Origin: Octopus vulgaris
Taxonomy: Eukaryota
DNA length: 64,000 nt
Assembly: GCA_951406725.2 (NCBI GenBank)
Contig: OX597816.1
Coordinates: forward strand, 137,764,001-137,828,000
Reading direction: 5' to 3'
Shown: positions 33,712-45,982 of the stretch, one piece after another
How the letters are laid out: every line of letters begins with the position of its first letter
How positions within the stretch are numbered: the stretch's first letter is position 1
Notes under the pieces: model-generated
Seen by the model: the letters and a program-made list of their open reading frames with translations, nothing else
Database searches by the model: none
Told to the model about the DNA's origin: nothing
Program-made: the position numbers and the translations under genes

Positions 33712-33787
33712 AAAACACTACGATCGTTTCATGGCTGTACAATTCGTAATAATTCGAGTTATGGTTACAGTCAATCTTCAGGTTAAT
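33712..33787 (-). ncRNA. Hammerhead ribozyme-like motif (canonical core, extended helix II)
   Basis: CUGAAGA-ttgactgta..tacagccat-GAAA-cgatcg-UA; palindromic helix III, weak helix I. Confidence 0.6.
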
Positions 33788-33865
33788 TGTTATATGTGAC
33801 CTCGTGAGCACCGCCAGCAATTTTTTCCCTCTGTCTTCCCTTCTCGGGATCTTTCCTTCTCCTTT

Positions 33866-33900
33866 GTTTCCGACGAAGAGCTCCGCTCGAAACGTTAAAC
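33866..33900 (+). ncRNA. Minimal type I hammerhead-like motif, CCGACGA core
   Basis: gttt-CCGACGA-a-gagc-tcc-gctc-GAAA-cg-UU-aaac; helices I and II perfect, helix III is the ACGT palindrome. Confidence 0.75.
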
Positions 33901-34081
33901 CCTCCTTCTTCCCTCCTTTCCTGAGCGTCCAATAATACCTTATTTGTTCCACGTCCTCGCGTTGCTGTGTTTTTTTTTGTGTTTTCTTGTTTGGATTAAC
34001 TATATATATATATATATTTATATATATATAGAGAGAGAGAGAGAGATGTATATATGTATATGTAGATCGATAAGTAGATAG

Positions 34082-34134
<53 letters not shown>

Positions 34135-34606
34135 CACATCTATCTGTTTATCTGTCTCCTATCTATCTATAGGTGCCTCTCTCTCTCTCTCTCTCATACA
34201 CACACACACACTCTCTGTCTCTCTATCTATTTATCTAAATATACATACACTCTCTCATACATGTATATGAATGAATGTATATATATGTATGTTTGAATCT
34301 TTGAGTATCAGTACGTTTATGCACTTATAAGTATTTACGATGTTATTTAAATCCTATCTGTATAAATTTATCAGACTTTTGTCGTTGCTCCCAGGTCCCT
34401 ATATCTTAATTTATCATTATCCAGTTATTAAGCGCTTTTGTGATCTTCTGTTTCGGATGAAACTAGAATATATCATATTTAAATTTCCTATGTCGAATGT
34501 CACCCCGACGCACACAAACATGCATACATAAATACATACATACATATAGACAGAAAGACAGAAATAAATACATAATTACACACGTAATCACACACACACA
34601 CACACA

Positions 34607-34665
<59 letters not shown>

Positions 34666-34987
34666 CTTTATACACTCACACAGTGTGGGTGTGTTCTTTC
34701 TATTTATCTCTCTCCATACACACATACATACACTGTGTGCTCAGTGTGTGTGGGTGTATAAGCATGTACATATGTAGATATATGTGTGTGTGTGCATATG
34801 TTTGTGCGTGAGTGTGAGTGTAAATGCTTGCGCATGCGCATGTCTGAGTGTGTGTTTATGGTGCATGTGTGCAAGTGTGAGAATATAAATGACACATTGG
34901 AGGCGAATCAAGCGACATGATTTCAGGATAGACCTGTACTCGTCATTCAAAGATCGGTTAACCAACAACATGTGTTTTATATATGAT

Positions 34988-35388
34988 AGGTGCAGACGTA
35001 GCTGTGTAGTAAGAAGCTTGCTTCCCAACCACATGGTCGTTGGTTCAGTCCCATTGCGTGGCACAGTGGGCAAGTATCTTCTAGCATAGCTTCGACCCGA
35101 CCAAAGCCATGTGAGTGGATTTGGTAGACGGAAACTGAAAGAAGCATGCTTTGTGTTGTTTATATCTATGTGTGTATATTTGCGTCTGTGTTTGTCCGCC
35201 CATCACCGCTTGAAAACCGGTGTTGGTGTGTCTTTACGTCACCGTAACATAGCGGTCCGGCAAAAGAGTCTGATAGAATAAGTACTAAGCTTAAAAAAAT
35301 AAGTCCTGGGGTCGATCTGTTCAACTAAAACACTTCAAAGCGGTACCCCAACATAGCTGCTGTCATGACTGAAACAAGGAAAAGAATA
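34988..35388 (+). mobile_element. SINE family A copy
   Basis: Aligns end to end with the other copies. Confidence 0.85.
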
Positions 35389-35946
35389 TAGTACAGTCGT
35401 GAGTTTAAGAATTTCTCACTGCACTACTTGGTTCGAGATACGAACTCATTGCACGACACCTTGAGCAAGTGTTTTCTACCATATTCTTATTTTATAGACT
35501 CGAAAGGATAAAAGACAAAAGATGACATCATTAGGATTTGAACTCAGGGCATAAAGCGCCGGAATATATAGCGCAAAGCATTGTTTCCGTCGCTCGAACG
35601 ATTCTGCCGACTCGGAAGGAAATAATAATAGAAAATTATTATTATTCTATGTAAGAACAACACCATATCTGAAGGGGACATAAAAAACGTTGTACCCGAA
35701 CGATCATGTCTTTTCTAAGAGTATGAATATCCGAACCTTGTGGGCAGAATTTGGTTTTCTTCTTTTACTTGTTGCAGTCATTTGACGGCTGCCTTGCTGG
35801 AACACTTCTACGATATTCTTATTTTATAGAATCGAAAGGATGAAAGACAAAAGATGACATCAGTAGGATTTGAACTCAGGGCATAAAGCGCTGGAATATA
35901 TAGCGCAAAGCATTGTTTCCGTCGCTCGAATCTTTAAATTTCCGAA

Positions 35947-36018
35947 GGTTCCGGCGAGTATCGAACTCACGACGGTCTGCGTGTAAAGCAAATGCTATAA
36001 CCACTACACCACGTAACC
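35947..36018 (-). tRNA. tRNA-Val(TAC)-like gene, probably a pseudogene
   Basis: GGTTACGTGGTGTAGTGGTTATAGCATTTGCTTTACACGCAGACCGTCGTGAGTTCGATACTCGCCGGAACC folds as a 72-nt cloverleaf with anticodon TAC; mismatches in the acceptor and D stems, T discriminator, no clear T-run terminator. Confidence 0.72.
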
Positions 36019-36023
36019 GCTCG

Positions 36024-36136
<113 letters not shown>

Positions 36137-36165
36137 TATATATATACATATGTGAGTGTGTGTGA

Positions 36166-36196
<31 letters not shown>

Positions 36197-36599
36197 CGCG
36201 CACGTGAAAGTGAATGTTCATTGATGTGAGATCTAAAATAAATGTTGAATAAAAAAATATCTGCTGGTATTTTTGACCACCTACGTTGTTAATGCACTCA
36301 ATCCTAGTTGATTTTCGAATTTCATCCTTTTCCGTTGACTATATACAATTAACCAAAACCTTGACGACAATGCTTGAATGTGACTACAGTCAAAAGGCTG
36401 AAACCACTAAAAACACATAATAATACGCATTTAAAATTTATACGCAGTGTACGTAGTATGTTCTTTTCTTTTTAATTTCAAAGTAAATTTTGAGCGGCCA
36501 CCGATTTGGTAGCAAGGTTGTGAAGGAAGTTATCTTCTTTTAACCATTTTCCTTTAAATCTTAAGAAGGTCTTTCAGATTTTTTCAGTCCCAGATATCG

Positions 36600-36822
36600 T
36601 GGTTATTAGTAGCACATGAGTCATGTATTTGCATTCTCTCCCCAAAATCCCAAGTTCACCCATACTTTATACTAGAGAGTTTGGTACGCATCGTGTTGCT
36701 CCAATGATAATAGGCAGGAAGCTAAAAGTATATGTTGGCAACTGGATTTGCAAACTCCTTATCAATGGTCCATAGATGTCCTTTTTCTCTTGCATTTTTC
36801 TAACCACATTCCTGTCCAGATA
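36600..36822 (-). pseudogene. Fragment of the restriction-like endonuclease C-terminus of a non-LTR retrotransposon
   Basis: LDRNVVRKMQEKKDIYGPL..FSFLPIIIGA fits the RLE tail pattern EK..KY..L..P++IGA. Confidence 0.6.
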
Positions 36823-36861
36823 GTAGATGATTTCCAGGTATGTATATATGTATGTATGTGT

Positions 36862-37110
36862 GGAGGCGCGTGGCTTAGTGGTTAGGGTCGCAGCACCATG
36901 ATCGTAAGATTGTGGTTTCGATGCGTAGACCGGGCGACGCGCTGTGTTCTTGACTAAAACACTTCATTTCACGTTGCTCCAGTCCACTCAGCTGGCAAAA
37001 ATGAGCAACGCTGCGATGGATTGGCGTCCCGTCCAGCTGGGGAACACATACGCCATAGAAACCGGGAACCCGGGCCCATGAGCCTGGCTAGGCTTTAAAA
37101 GGGCGCATTT
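36862..37110 (+). mobile_element. tRNA-derived SINE with V-domain-like core
   Basis: A and B boxes, then TTGCTCCAGTCCACTCAGCTG..GCGATGGATTGGCGTCCCGTCCAG; related pieces at 52260-52370 (-) and 52970-53236 (+). Confidence 0.7.
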
Positions 37111-37132
37111 ATTGTATTATTTATATATGTAC

Positions 37133-37165
<33 letters not shown>

Positions 37166-37175
37166 TGTATGTATG

Positions 37176-37207
<32 letters not shown>

Positions 37208-38156
37208 GATTGTAGCCGCATATATGTCCCTCGCGGAGGCTTGGTGAGCCCCCAGTGAAGCCATGTAGAACGATCTGTAACAAGTTACAGCGATTTTCCT
37301 AATGAAGACATCCTCTAACCATATATAAATTACTCAGGTTTAGCTAGGCACATGAGGGTGCACTGAGAAAATCATCAAAATGATCTGGAACAAGCAAGAG
37401 GTCAGAAGAATTTGTATATAAATCGAGCCTGCAACAAGTCCTGTAAGTCGTTGGCAGGATTGAAGAATCCTTGTTGTTATCACATGTAATGCCATCATAT
37501 ACTCATTTAACGAGTTGACAGCTACCACCATATGTGTATGTGTGTGTATTCAGCGAGTTGACGAATTGATCTTCCTCGGTAGACGAGCCACAATCTGTGA
37601 GTTCGTAGCCTAACTGAACAGTCTTCATGATGCACAGATGGTGGAAAAATTTGAGCGTAAGAAAGTGAACACAAAGTGGGTACCTCAGCTTTAGTCACCG
37701 ATCTGTATAAGAGAAAAGTGCAAGTCTGTTCTGATCAATTAGAAACGCTTGAAACAAATGAAGACACTATCCCCCCCCCTGCTATTGTGACAAAAGATAA
37801 AACACATATGCTTATATTCTTTTTTTTTTTTTCGGTGAAACAATTTTATTTTATTAGAACATTCTAATACGAAGAAACAGAAAAGATTAAAGATAAGAAA
37901 GGAAAAGAAAGGAAAAACAAGACTGGAGGTAAGAAACGGTGGGTGGAGGTGGAGGGTTACATATCCCAGAACAAGTGGTGCGCACAGCCGCACTCAACCA
38001 CGCCCCGCAGTGATGACTGCGATGGCATTGCCGCGGAGAATGGCCAGCGACGCTTGCTGCAGCGGCCACTGAGCTCAATACATAGAATAACGACACGGTT
38101 CTTCTCTAAGGCCAAAGTTTAAGAGTCAGCGATATGCATGGAAATGTATGCATATA

Positions 38157-38329
38157 CAAAGGGGTGCTGAAAATAGGATTTTATTCTACATATTCCCCTC
38201 TCATATTCACACTTATTGCAGCGGTCCTTCAGTTTTTCAAAGTCCTATTAAAGAAGTACGAAGGTTGGGCTTCCAACCAGGCCTTTCGCGACAACCTTAA
38301 AGCCATGAACCTTTCAGTACCCCCTTATG
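38157..38329 (-). mobile_element. Mariner-derived MITE
   Basis: TA-flanked imperfect TIRs (CAAAGGGGTGCTGAAA / TTTCAGTACCCCCTTATG); minus strand encodes a mariner-type C-terminus EKLKDRCNKCVNMRGEYVE*. Confidence 0.75.
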
Positions 38330-38481
38330 TATGTATATATATATATAGCATCATCAATATACCTCCTGTAGATATATATAACGCATGGGTATATCTTTAA
38401 TATACCTTCTATAAATACATATAAAATATGATTATATCTTCACAGTATCTTCCAATAGACACACACACACATACACACACA

Positions 38482-38519
<38 letters not shown>

Positions 38520-39394
38520 TACACGTATGATTATATTTGCAAAATATCTTATGATATGATACAAACACCCGAATTTCATTTCATCCCTGCTGTTGTTATA
38601 CAAGAATATCAATCCACTATATAACTGATGCTTTTACCAATGGGCCATCAACAGAGACTGCGAGTGATGATGTAGGCATCAACCTTTGGAGCGACCACGA
38701 TAACAGCAATTTGCCAGAGTGTGAGAAGATGGGTGGAAGTTGAAATGGGGGCGGTAAGAATAGCAGTGGGATGTCTAGAAAGTTATTCATTACCAACGTA
38801 CTATGATTGATTTATTACTTGATGCCATTGCGGCTGGCTGACAGTGAGTCAATTGAGAAAGATTAGTTAGTATTAATTGCATATAACCCGGATAGCTCAT
38901 CGGTCAATGTTAATTTGAGATTTCACAGACGTCGACGACGTTATCAGAGAACTATGATGGCAGACCTACTGTGTTTCCTGTGGCTTCCACTTGTGATGAT
39001 TGCAGTTATAAATGCTGATAATGTCGGATGGAAAAACACAGATTTCAGTATAAGGCTTAAAAACGACGAGTATGGTCAATATGTTCTATTGATGGAAGGG
39101 AATCAATTATAAATAGCGGAAGAAACAAAATCCAGTAATAATATCCAGATTCCGTTTAAAACAGATTTAGAAAATACTCGTATTCATTTCCCCGCAATCC
39201 AATATGCCTTTCATTTATTTAAGGGCTTTTAAAGTGGCAGTTATTATTTTTAATCTAAATGGATCTATAAACAGGGATTCTTCAACATCAGCAAATAGAC
39301 TAGGTTTAATCAACAATTATAAATAGGATTACATTTATTGGTTAATCCAAATGGGTTTTGATGTTCATGTCGAAATTACGGGGAGTTTTTTTTT

Positions 39395-39478
<84 letters not shown>

Positions 39479-40305
39479 CTTCAAGTAACAATATTTCTCT
39501 CTTATTTTTGTCCTCTCGTCAGTTTATACATCCCACCGCCACCGCTCTATTTTTAATGATTATCATTATGGTTTACGATTCCGTTTTCGCTCTTTATGTA
39601 TTCTACACCAGCTATCGGCTGTATCCCATAGGATTAAGTTTCTGTTATAATTAACAATTTGGCCATTATAACTGTCCCCACAAAACCTAAGTTGTTAAAC
39701 CATGAAAATAACTCATACAATTATAAGTATATAAAACAACTATTCAACAGAGAAATAATAGCTTTAAGTATATCATCATTAACGAAAGAAATTGTTCGAG
39801 GTTGATTGATGGCTATATGAAAATATATGACAAACACAATTAATTAGAAAATACGAATAAAATAAATATTAACAAAATCTGAAAACACATAAAAATTACT
39901 TCTGCATTCAAATCAATTGATATTCTCCAGCAGCTCAAAGGATACTTAACGGCACTAAATGACATAACTTTATGTATATAGAAACTAAACATTTTATAAT
40001 CGATATAATTTATTACACACATTTAAAGAAAAATACTTTATCGATATTAAGTTTCGAAGAGCGGTTACACGACATTATAAAGTTTATTGCCCCAAGAGTA
40101 ATATACGTTACGTTAGACATACATCAATGTCTTTATCTGGGCATCTGACCATGCGCTACAATAAAACGATGATGTACGCATACACTCAAAAGAAGAAACA
40201 AAAAACCCCATCAAGTCATTATGATAGTAACTAGAGTAAAATGCTAGTAAAATAACACGAAGATACATATATATGGATTTATTAAACACCATACGTGTGC
40301 GCACG

Positions 40306-40339
<34 letters not shown>

Positions 40340-40497
40340 GCACGCATACACTTACTCACTCACACAAACGTATGTATAATGTGTAGTGGTTAAGTGATAA
40401 ATAGCAACAAACGTTTACTGATGAAAGTTCGATATTGCAGTTAAATTTATTATGTAGAGACTGTCATCTCTCGCACCTTTTATATACATATATACAT

Positions 40498-40564
<67 letters not shown>

Positions 40565-40675
40565 GGAGTAAACACATAAATGTGAAACAAGGTGGAAAAA
40601 AGAGTACTCTTTAAATACAAAACAGTGGTAGAGTAATATGCTTTATTTAAAGCAGCAGAAAATTCAACAAAATTC

Positions 40676-40713
40676 CTGTTACTCTGAGTTTCCCGTTGCC
40701 GTTCGTCGGACAG
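40676..40713 (-). ncRNA. Minimal hammerhead-like motif (CCGACGA core) in the left arm of a palindrome spanning 40637-40806
   Basis: ctgt-CCGACGA-acg-gcaa-cgg-GAAA-ctcagag-UA-acag. Confidence 0.65.
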
Positions 40714-40829
40714 TTTCTAGCAAAAACTGTCCGACGAACGGCATACGGGATTAACTCAGATAAATATAATTTGTTGAATTTTCTGCTAAGCTTTAAGTAA
40801 AGTATATATATATATATATACAGGTACCT

Positions 40830-41096
40830 TTGTTATTTTACTTACTTCAGTCATTTGACCGTGGCCATGCTAGAACACCACCTTGAAGGGCTTTAGTCGA
40901 GCAAACTGACCCCCAGGACTTATTTTTTAAATGTAGCGCTTATTCTATCTGTCTTTTTGCCGCTAAGTTATCGGGGCGTAAAAACACACCAATACCGGTT
41001 GTCAAACGGTGATTGAGGTAAAAGCACAGACACACAGACACGCAGACAGACAGACACACACACACAAACGGACACACACACACACACACACTCTCC

Positions 41097-41132
<36 letters not shown>

Positions 41133-41298
41133 TATAGCGGCCTTCTTTCAGTTTCCGTCTACCAAATCCACTCGCAAGGTTTTAGTCGGCCGGAGACTAC
41201 ATTAGAAGACGCTCGACCAAGGTGCCACGCTGTGGGACTGATCTCGGAACGATGTGGTCGGGAAGCAAATTTCTTACCACCTAGCCACGCCTACGCCT
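40830..41298 (-). mobile_element. SINE family A copy
   Basis: Aligns with the 26248-26656 copy. Confidence 0.85.
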
Positions 41299-41449
41299 GT
41301 GTGTGTGTGCGTGTGTGTGTGCGCGTGTGCGCGTGTAAAACATGAAAATGAGCTAAGATAAATAACTAAGACTGGCCGGTGAAATGTATTTGAACAACAA
41401 ATACAATGAAAGCTAATTTACATGCTATACAGTATAAAATCTTGATTTA

Positions 41450-41860
41450 TTGATATTATCTCATCTTTCAGAGAAGGTAGAAGGATCGCTTGGTAGCAAC
41501 TGGGACAAACTCCAAATGGAAAGGGAAGATAATCTAATGAATCAGAAATTCTCCAAAACTGACATGTCATTAAGAAAATAATACTAATTATTTGCAGATA
41601 AGAAGACAGCTGTGAACACTTGTTTCTGCCTTAATAGGCATCCTCAGTTGTCCCAACGTATTTCCAGCAGAGGGAAACATAGAATCAGTGGTGAGGTAAT
41701 TTCTGAAAATAGTCCAAAGTGACTATTGACATGTATTTGAAGAACAAAAGCGACAAATTTTGAAAATTCTGGCTTCTTCAGATTATCTCCCTTCCTCATT
41801 AAGAGTTGGTCCCGACTACTATCAAGTGATTGCTCCCCCTTTTCTAGTAGCTAAGATAAT
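41450..41860. repeat. Element with about 110 bp diverged terminal inverted repeats and an internal hammerhead core (41615-41650, minus)
   Basis: AGGGAAGATAATCTAATGAATCAGAAATTCTCCAAAA pairs with TTTTGAAAATTCTGGCTTCTTCAGATTATCTCCCT; internal CUGAGGA-tgcct-atta-aggca-GAAAC. Confidence 0.6.
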
Positions 41861-42008
41861 TTATTTTACGTTTTACTTTTTGTTTGCGAGATTCATAAAT
41901 GGAGACCGTTTATTGAAACATTGCGTTGTCTTTTAAGAAAGTCATTGTGCCAATAAGAAACTCAGTACTGGTCCTATTTCACTTCTTTTCTTCTTTTTCT
42001 TCTTATTA

Positions 42009-42215
42009 AGGCGACTAGCTGACAAAATCGTTAACACGCCGGGCAAAATGCTGAGTGCCATTTCGTCTATCTTTATATTCAAATTCCGCCGAGGTCGACA
42101 TCGCCTTTTCATCATTTCGGGGGTCGATAAATTAAGTACTAGTTAAGCACTGGGGTCGATGTAATCGGTTTACTCTCTCCCGCCAAATCGCTGGACTCGT
42201 GCCAAAATTTGAAAT
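42009..42215 (+). mobile_element. SINE family B copy
   Basis: TTCAAATTCCGCCGAGGTCGAC..TTTCATCATTTCGGGGGTCGATAAATTAAGTACTAG. Confidence 0.82.
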
Positions 42216-42741
42216 CATTATTATTATTGTCATTATTATTGAGAGATAGAGAGAGAGGAGTGCATGCCACCAAAGTGACACTGGGTACAAATATACGAAG
42301 CCCAATATACTCATCATTACTTCCCGTCTGACAAGGATACACCAGACACATGCATCGCAACCATATGTGCGCGACATAGTGATCTCATATCAAGATAATC
42401 AGCGCATGACATTGCACGTGGGGCCCAGTCAGAATTTTCTTCAGATGGAATAGGCCATCCCGCTTAAAATGTTCCTGAGTAAGAGTTGTTTAAGGATGTT
42501 CAACGAAACATCCTAATTCAAACGACCAAGAATTCCTCTCAAAACATGGCTATGATGCTCCCCCGTAACTTCTGCTCTTGATCAGAGATGCACATATTGT
42601 CAGCCACTAAGAGACATGCTCAACTGATTCAGGTCAAACAACTGAGAAGCAAATCTGTAGTATTGAGGAGAATATTTGTTGTATCTCATCTTTTATACCA
42701 AGACAAAACATGTACATGATAAAACATCCAATCAGTTAAGA

Positions 42742-42831
<90 letters not shown>

Positions 42832-42842
42832 CATTATTATTA

Positions 42843-43742
42843 TTACCTTCACCTTAGTGAAGGTGGAGGTATTGTTTTCAGTCGTGTTTGTTTGTCCGTC
42901 AAGAACCGCTGGATGGATTCGGATGAAACTTTTAGGGATGTTTGGCCTCGTGACTGGCACGAACTGATTAGAATTTGGGATCGATTTAGTACCGGACAAG
43001 GATTCTGGATTATTTGTTATATTTACTTTACATGATTACGATCTTACGTTCACTTTCAAGTCTTTTTCAATTATCTCGCTTTAGGCTATTTCCAAAGTTT
43101 TATTTTCGTTTCTCTATTATTAATTTTACTCGCGTCTCTGTCTTAGTAGAAACTGATAGATAAAGAAATCAAACTACATAAACAAACAGCAGCAAAACCG
43201 CTCAGAAATTAAATAACACCAGCACATTTTTATGATATATATATATTATATATTATACATACATATTAACGCTACTTACATATATACATACATCGATCTA
43301 AAACAACAGGAATATTAAAGGAAGGCGGGAATTCAAGAGAAGAGAAAACCAAAAGCTCTCATGCTATTCATTTGAAAATTCCTGGCTATAACATATTATC
43401 CTCGCATTTGAAACTATTTTGAATGTTGGAGTTGTTAAATTTGGCTTGTATAAGATAAGAATAAACTATTTACTATTGTTACTAAATTTTCTTCAGCCAC
43501 CTTCACATTCCGTGACTACCATTGGGATCGATCAGGTACCGGACAAGGATTCTGGATTATTCTTCCGTTTTTTTTTTTTTACTTAAATTTTGAGAACGGT
43601 CGGGTTCATTTTTAGTATTCTGGTTTGTGAGAGCAGTCGAGTTTATTTCAGATATTCTTATTTTAAAAATCATGTCTGGCTAATCGTTGAGAGGATATTG
43701 CTGTTATATTGGCGGAGGTTTGCGCCTTCTGAGTGCTCTTGT
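42843..43742 (+). mobile_element. Helentron/DINE-like non-autonomous element with an internal insertion and a partial duplication
   Basis: 5' subterminal IR ACCTTCACC..GGTGGAGGT, GTTT/GTCC repeats, 3' GGCGGAGGT plus hairpin GCGCCTTCTGAGTGC; GTACCGGACAAGGATTCTGGATTAT present twice. Confidence 0.6.
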
Positions 43743-43753
43743 TATCATCATCA

Positions 43754-43833
<80 letters not shown>

Positions 43834-44067
43834 ATTATTATAGGCGGTGAGCTGGCAGACTCGTTAGCACGCCGGGCGAAATGCTTAGCGGTATTTCACC
43901 TGTCGCTACGTTGTGAGTTCAAATTCTGCTTCCATTTTTTCGGGGTCGATAAATTAAGTACCAGTGAATGGGGTCGATGTAATAGACAAGTGAGACATGA
44001 AATTCAAAGTCAAGCAGCCATGGCATTTAGAAGAACTGTCATTGGAGACGATGCATTCCTAGTGTAG

Positions 44068-44128
<61 letters not shown>

Positions 44129-44346
44129 GCATGTATATAAATTAGAGAAGAACCACCATGTAGCAATTCAACAATGATATACTTAAATCATACCATATAG
44201 AAAAAAATAAAAAATACGATAAAACATTTACCTAGAACTTAATAAAGAACGAAATAATAAATAAATAGTATATATATATATATACTTGAGTACTGGTCTC
44301 GTAAACCGGGAGTCGTGAGTTCGGGACTAATTTAACTTGCTTTTAG

Positions 44347-44981
44347 GAGCAGACGGAAGTATACAGTAAGTTTACTTCCCAATCACATGGCACCGGGTTC
44401 AGGTCTACAGCGTGGCACCTTAAGTAAGTGTCTTGTATTATAGTCCCGGGTCAAGCAAAGGGTTGTGAGAGGATTTGGTAGATGGAAACTGAAAGAAGCT
44501 CATCGCGTGTGTATATATATTTTTTATTCTCTCTCTGTTTATTTTCTCTTATTCCTTTCTCTTGAAGAGCGTAGGCTCGAAATGTAAAAGACTTTCTCCC
44601 TTTCCTGAGCGTCAAACTAATACACTTGCTTGTTGCTCATACATCTGTCTTCGTCTTTTGGTTTTGCTGTAAATTTCAATTATATATGTCTGTATGTGTG
44701 CATGAGTGTGTGTGCGTGCGTGAGTGTGTGTGTGAGTGTGTATGTGTGGGTTCATGTGTTGTGTGTGTATATATCTATGTATGTGTCTTTGTATTTGCGT
44801 TCGTCTCTCAGCTCCGCTTGAGAACCAGTATGAGCTTGTTTACGTCACCATAACCTAGCAGTTCGGCATAAAATATCAATAGAATAAATACCAACTCGAT
44901 TCCTTCGACCAAAACGATTCCCTCAACGCGGTGCTCCATCATGGCTGCAGTCCAATGATTGAAACAAGTACAAGATAAAAG
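44347..44981 (+). mobile_element. SINE family A split by a hammerhead cassette (about 44520-44685) in its internal microsatellite
   Basis: 5' half to about 44505 and 3' half from about 44790; cassette contains TTGAAGAGCGTAGGCTCGAAATGTAAAAGAC. Confidence 0.78.
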
Positions 44982-45608
44982 ATATGTGTGTGTGTGTGTG
45001 TGTGCGCGTGCGAGTGCGGATGTACACACACATACGCACACACACACATTCATATATATTCAGACAGATATGTAGACAGAGATAGAGAGAGAGAGGGGGA
45101 GAAAGAGACAGGTAGATCGATAGATGGGGTGTTAAATATATAGACAGATGGACAAATATACAGAACATACATATAAGACAGACACCATAAATTCAAACAG
45201 ACAAACATATACATACATAGACAACAAGACAGATAGGCAGACATCTAAATTATTAGATAAATATATCAATTAAACGGTGTCGCTATAGAATAAATACTGA
45301 ACAACTATACAACGATAGGATGTAGTTGCAGTTTTAGCTAACACATTTTCAATGTCTACTTTACATGGTTTAGCTCGTCATAGAGATGGATAGATGTCAC
45401 AAGTAATTCTGACCGTATATCCAACCGTTAGATGGATGAGGAGGGAACACCGACGTACGCTGGAGGACGCCAGTCGCTCAGCCATCATCTCGTGGCGTGT
45501 TCATGACACCAAATTGGCTTGGTGTGAAATGAGGCTGAGTCTGGCGGTGGGCGAGTGGTGCTCGGTGGTGATGATGAGCTGGTGTGCAAGATAGATAGAT
45601 AGATAGAT

Positions 45609-45663
<55 letters not shown>

Positions 45664-45714
45664 GAGAGAGAGAGAGAGTATGGGAGTGGTTCTTGTTCAG
45701 TACATTCATATAAC

Positions 45715-45951
45715 TGATGACGTTGATAATGATGATGACGCAGCCGACGACGACGATGTCTACGAAGACGGTAGCGACAATGGCGATGACGATGACGATG
45801 ATGATGGTTGTGATAATGTTCATTATAACAATGACGGTGGTGGTGATGGTGATAATAATGCTGATAACAATGATGATAATAATCATGGTGATGATGATGA
45901 TGACGATGATGATGATGATGATAATGATGACGACGATGATGATGATGATGG

Positions 45952-45982
<31 letters not shown>

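Noticed and set aside
37335-37365. SGLARHMRVH C2H2 zinc-finger-like tail
   Set aside because: No upstream CxxC and an immediate stop; too short to support
42250-42740. Probable further interspersed repeat between microsatellites
   Set aside because: Single copy in the window with no motif that could be assigned confidently
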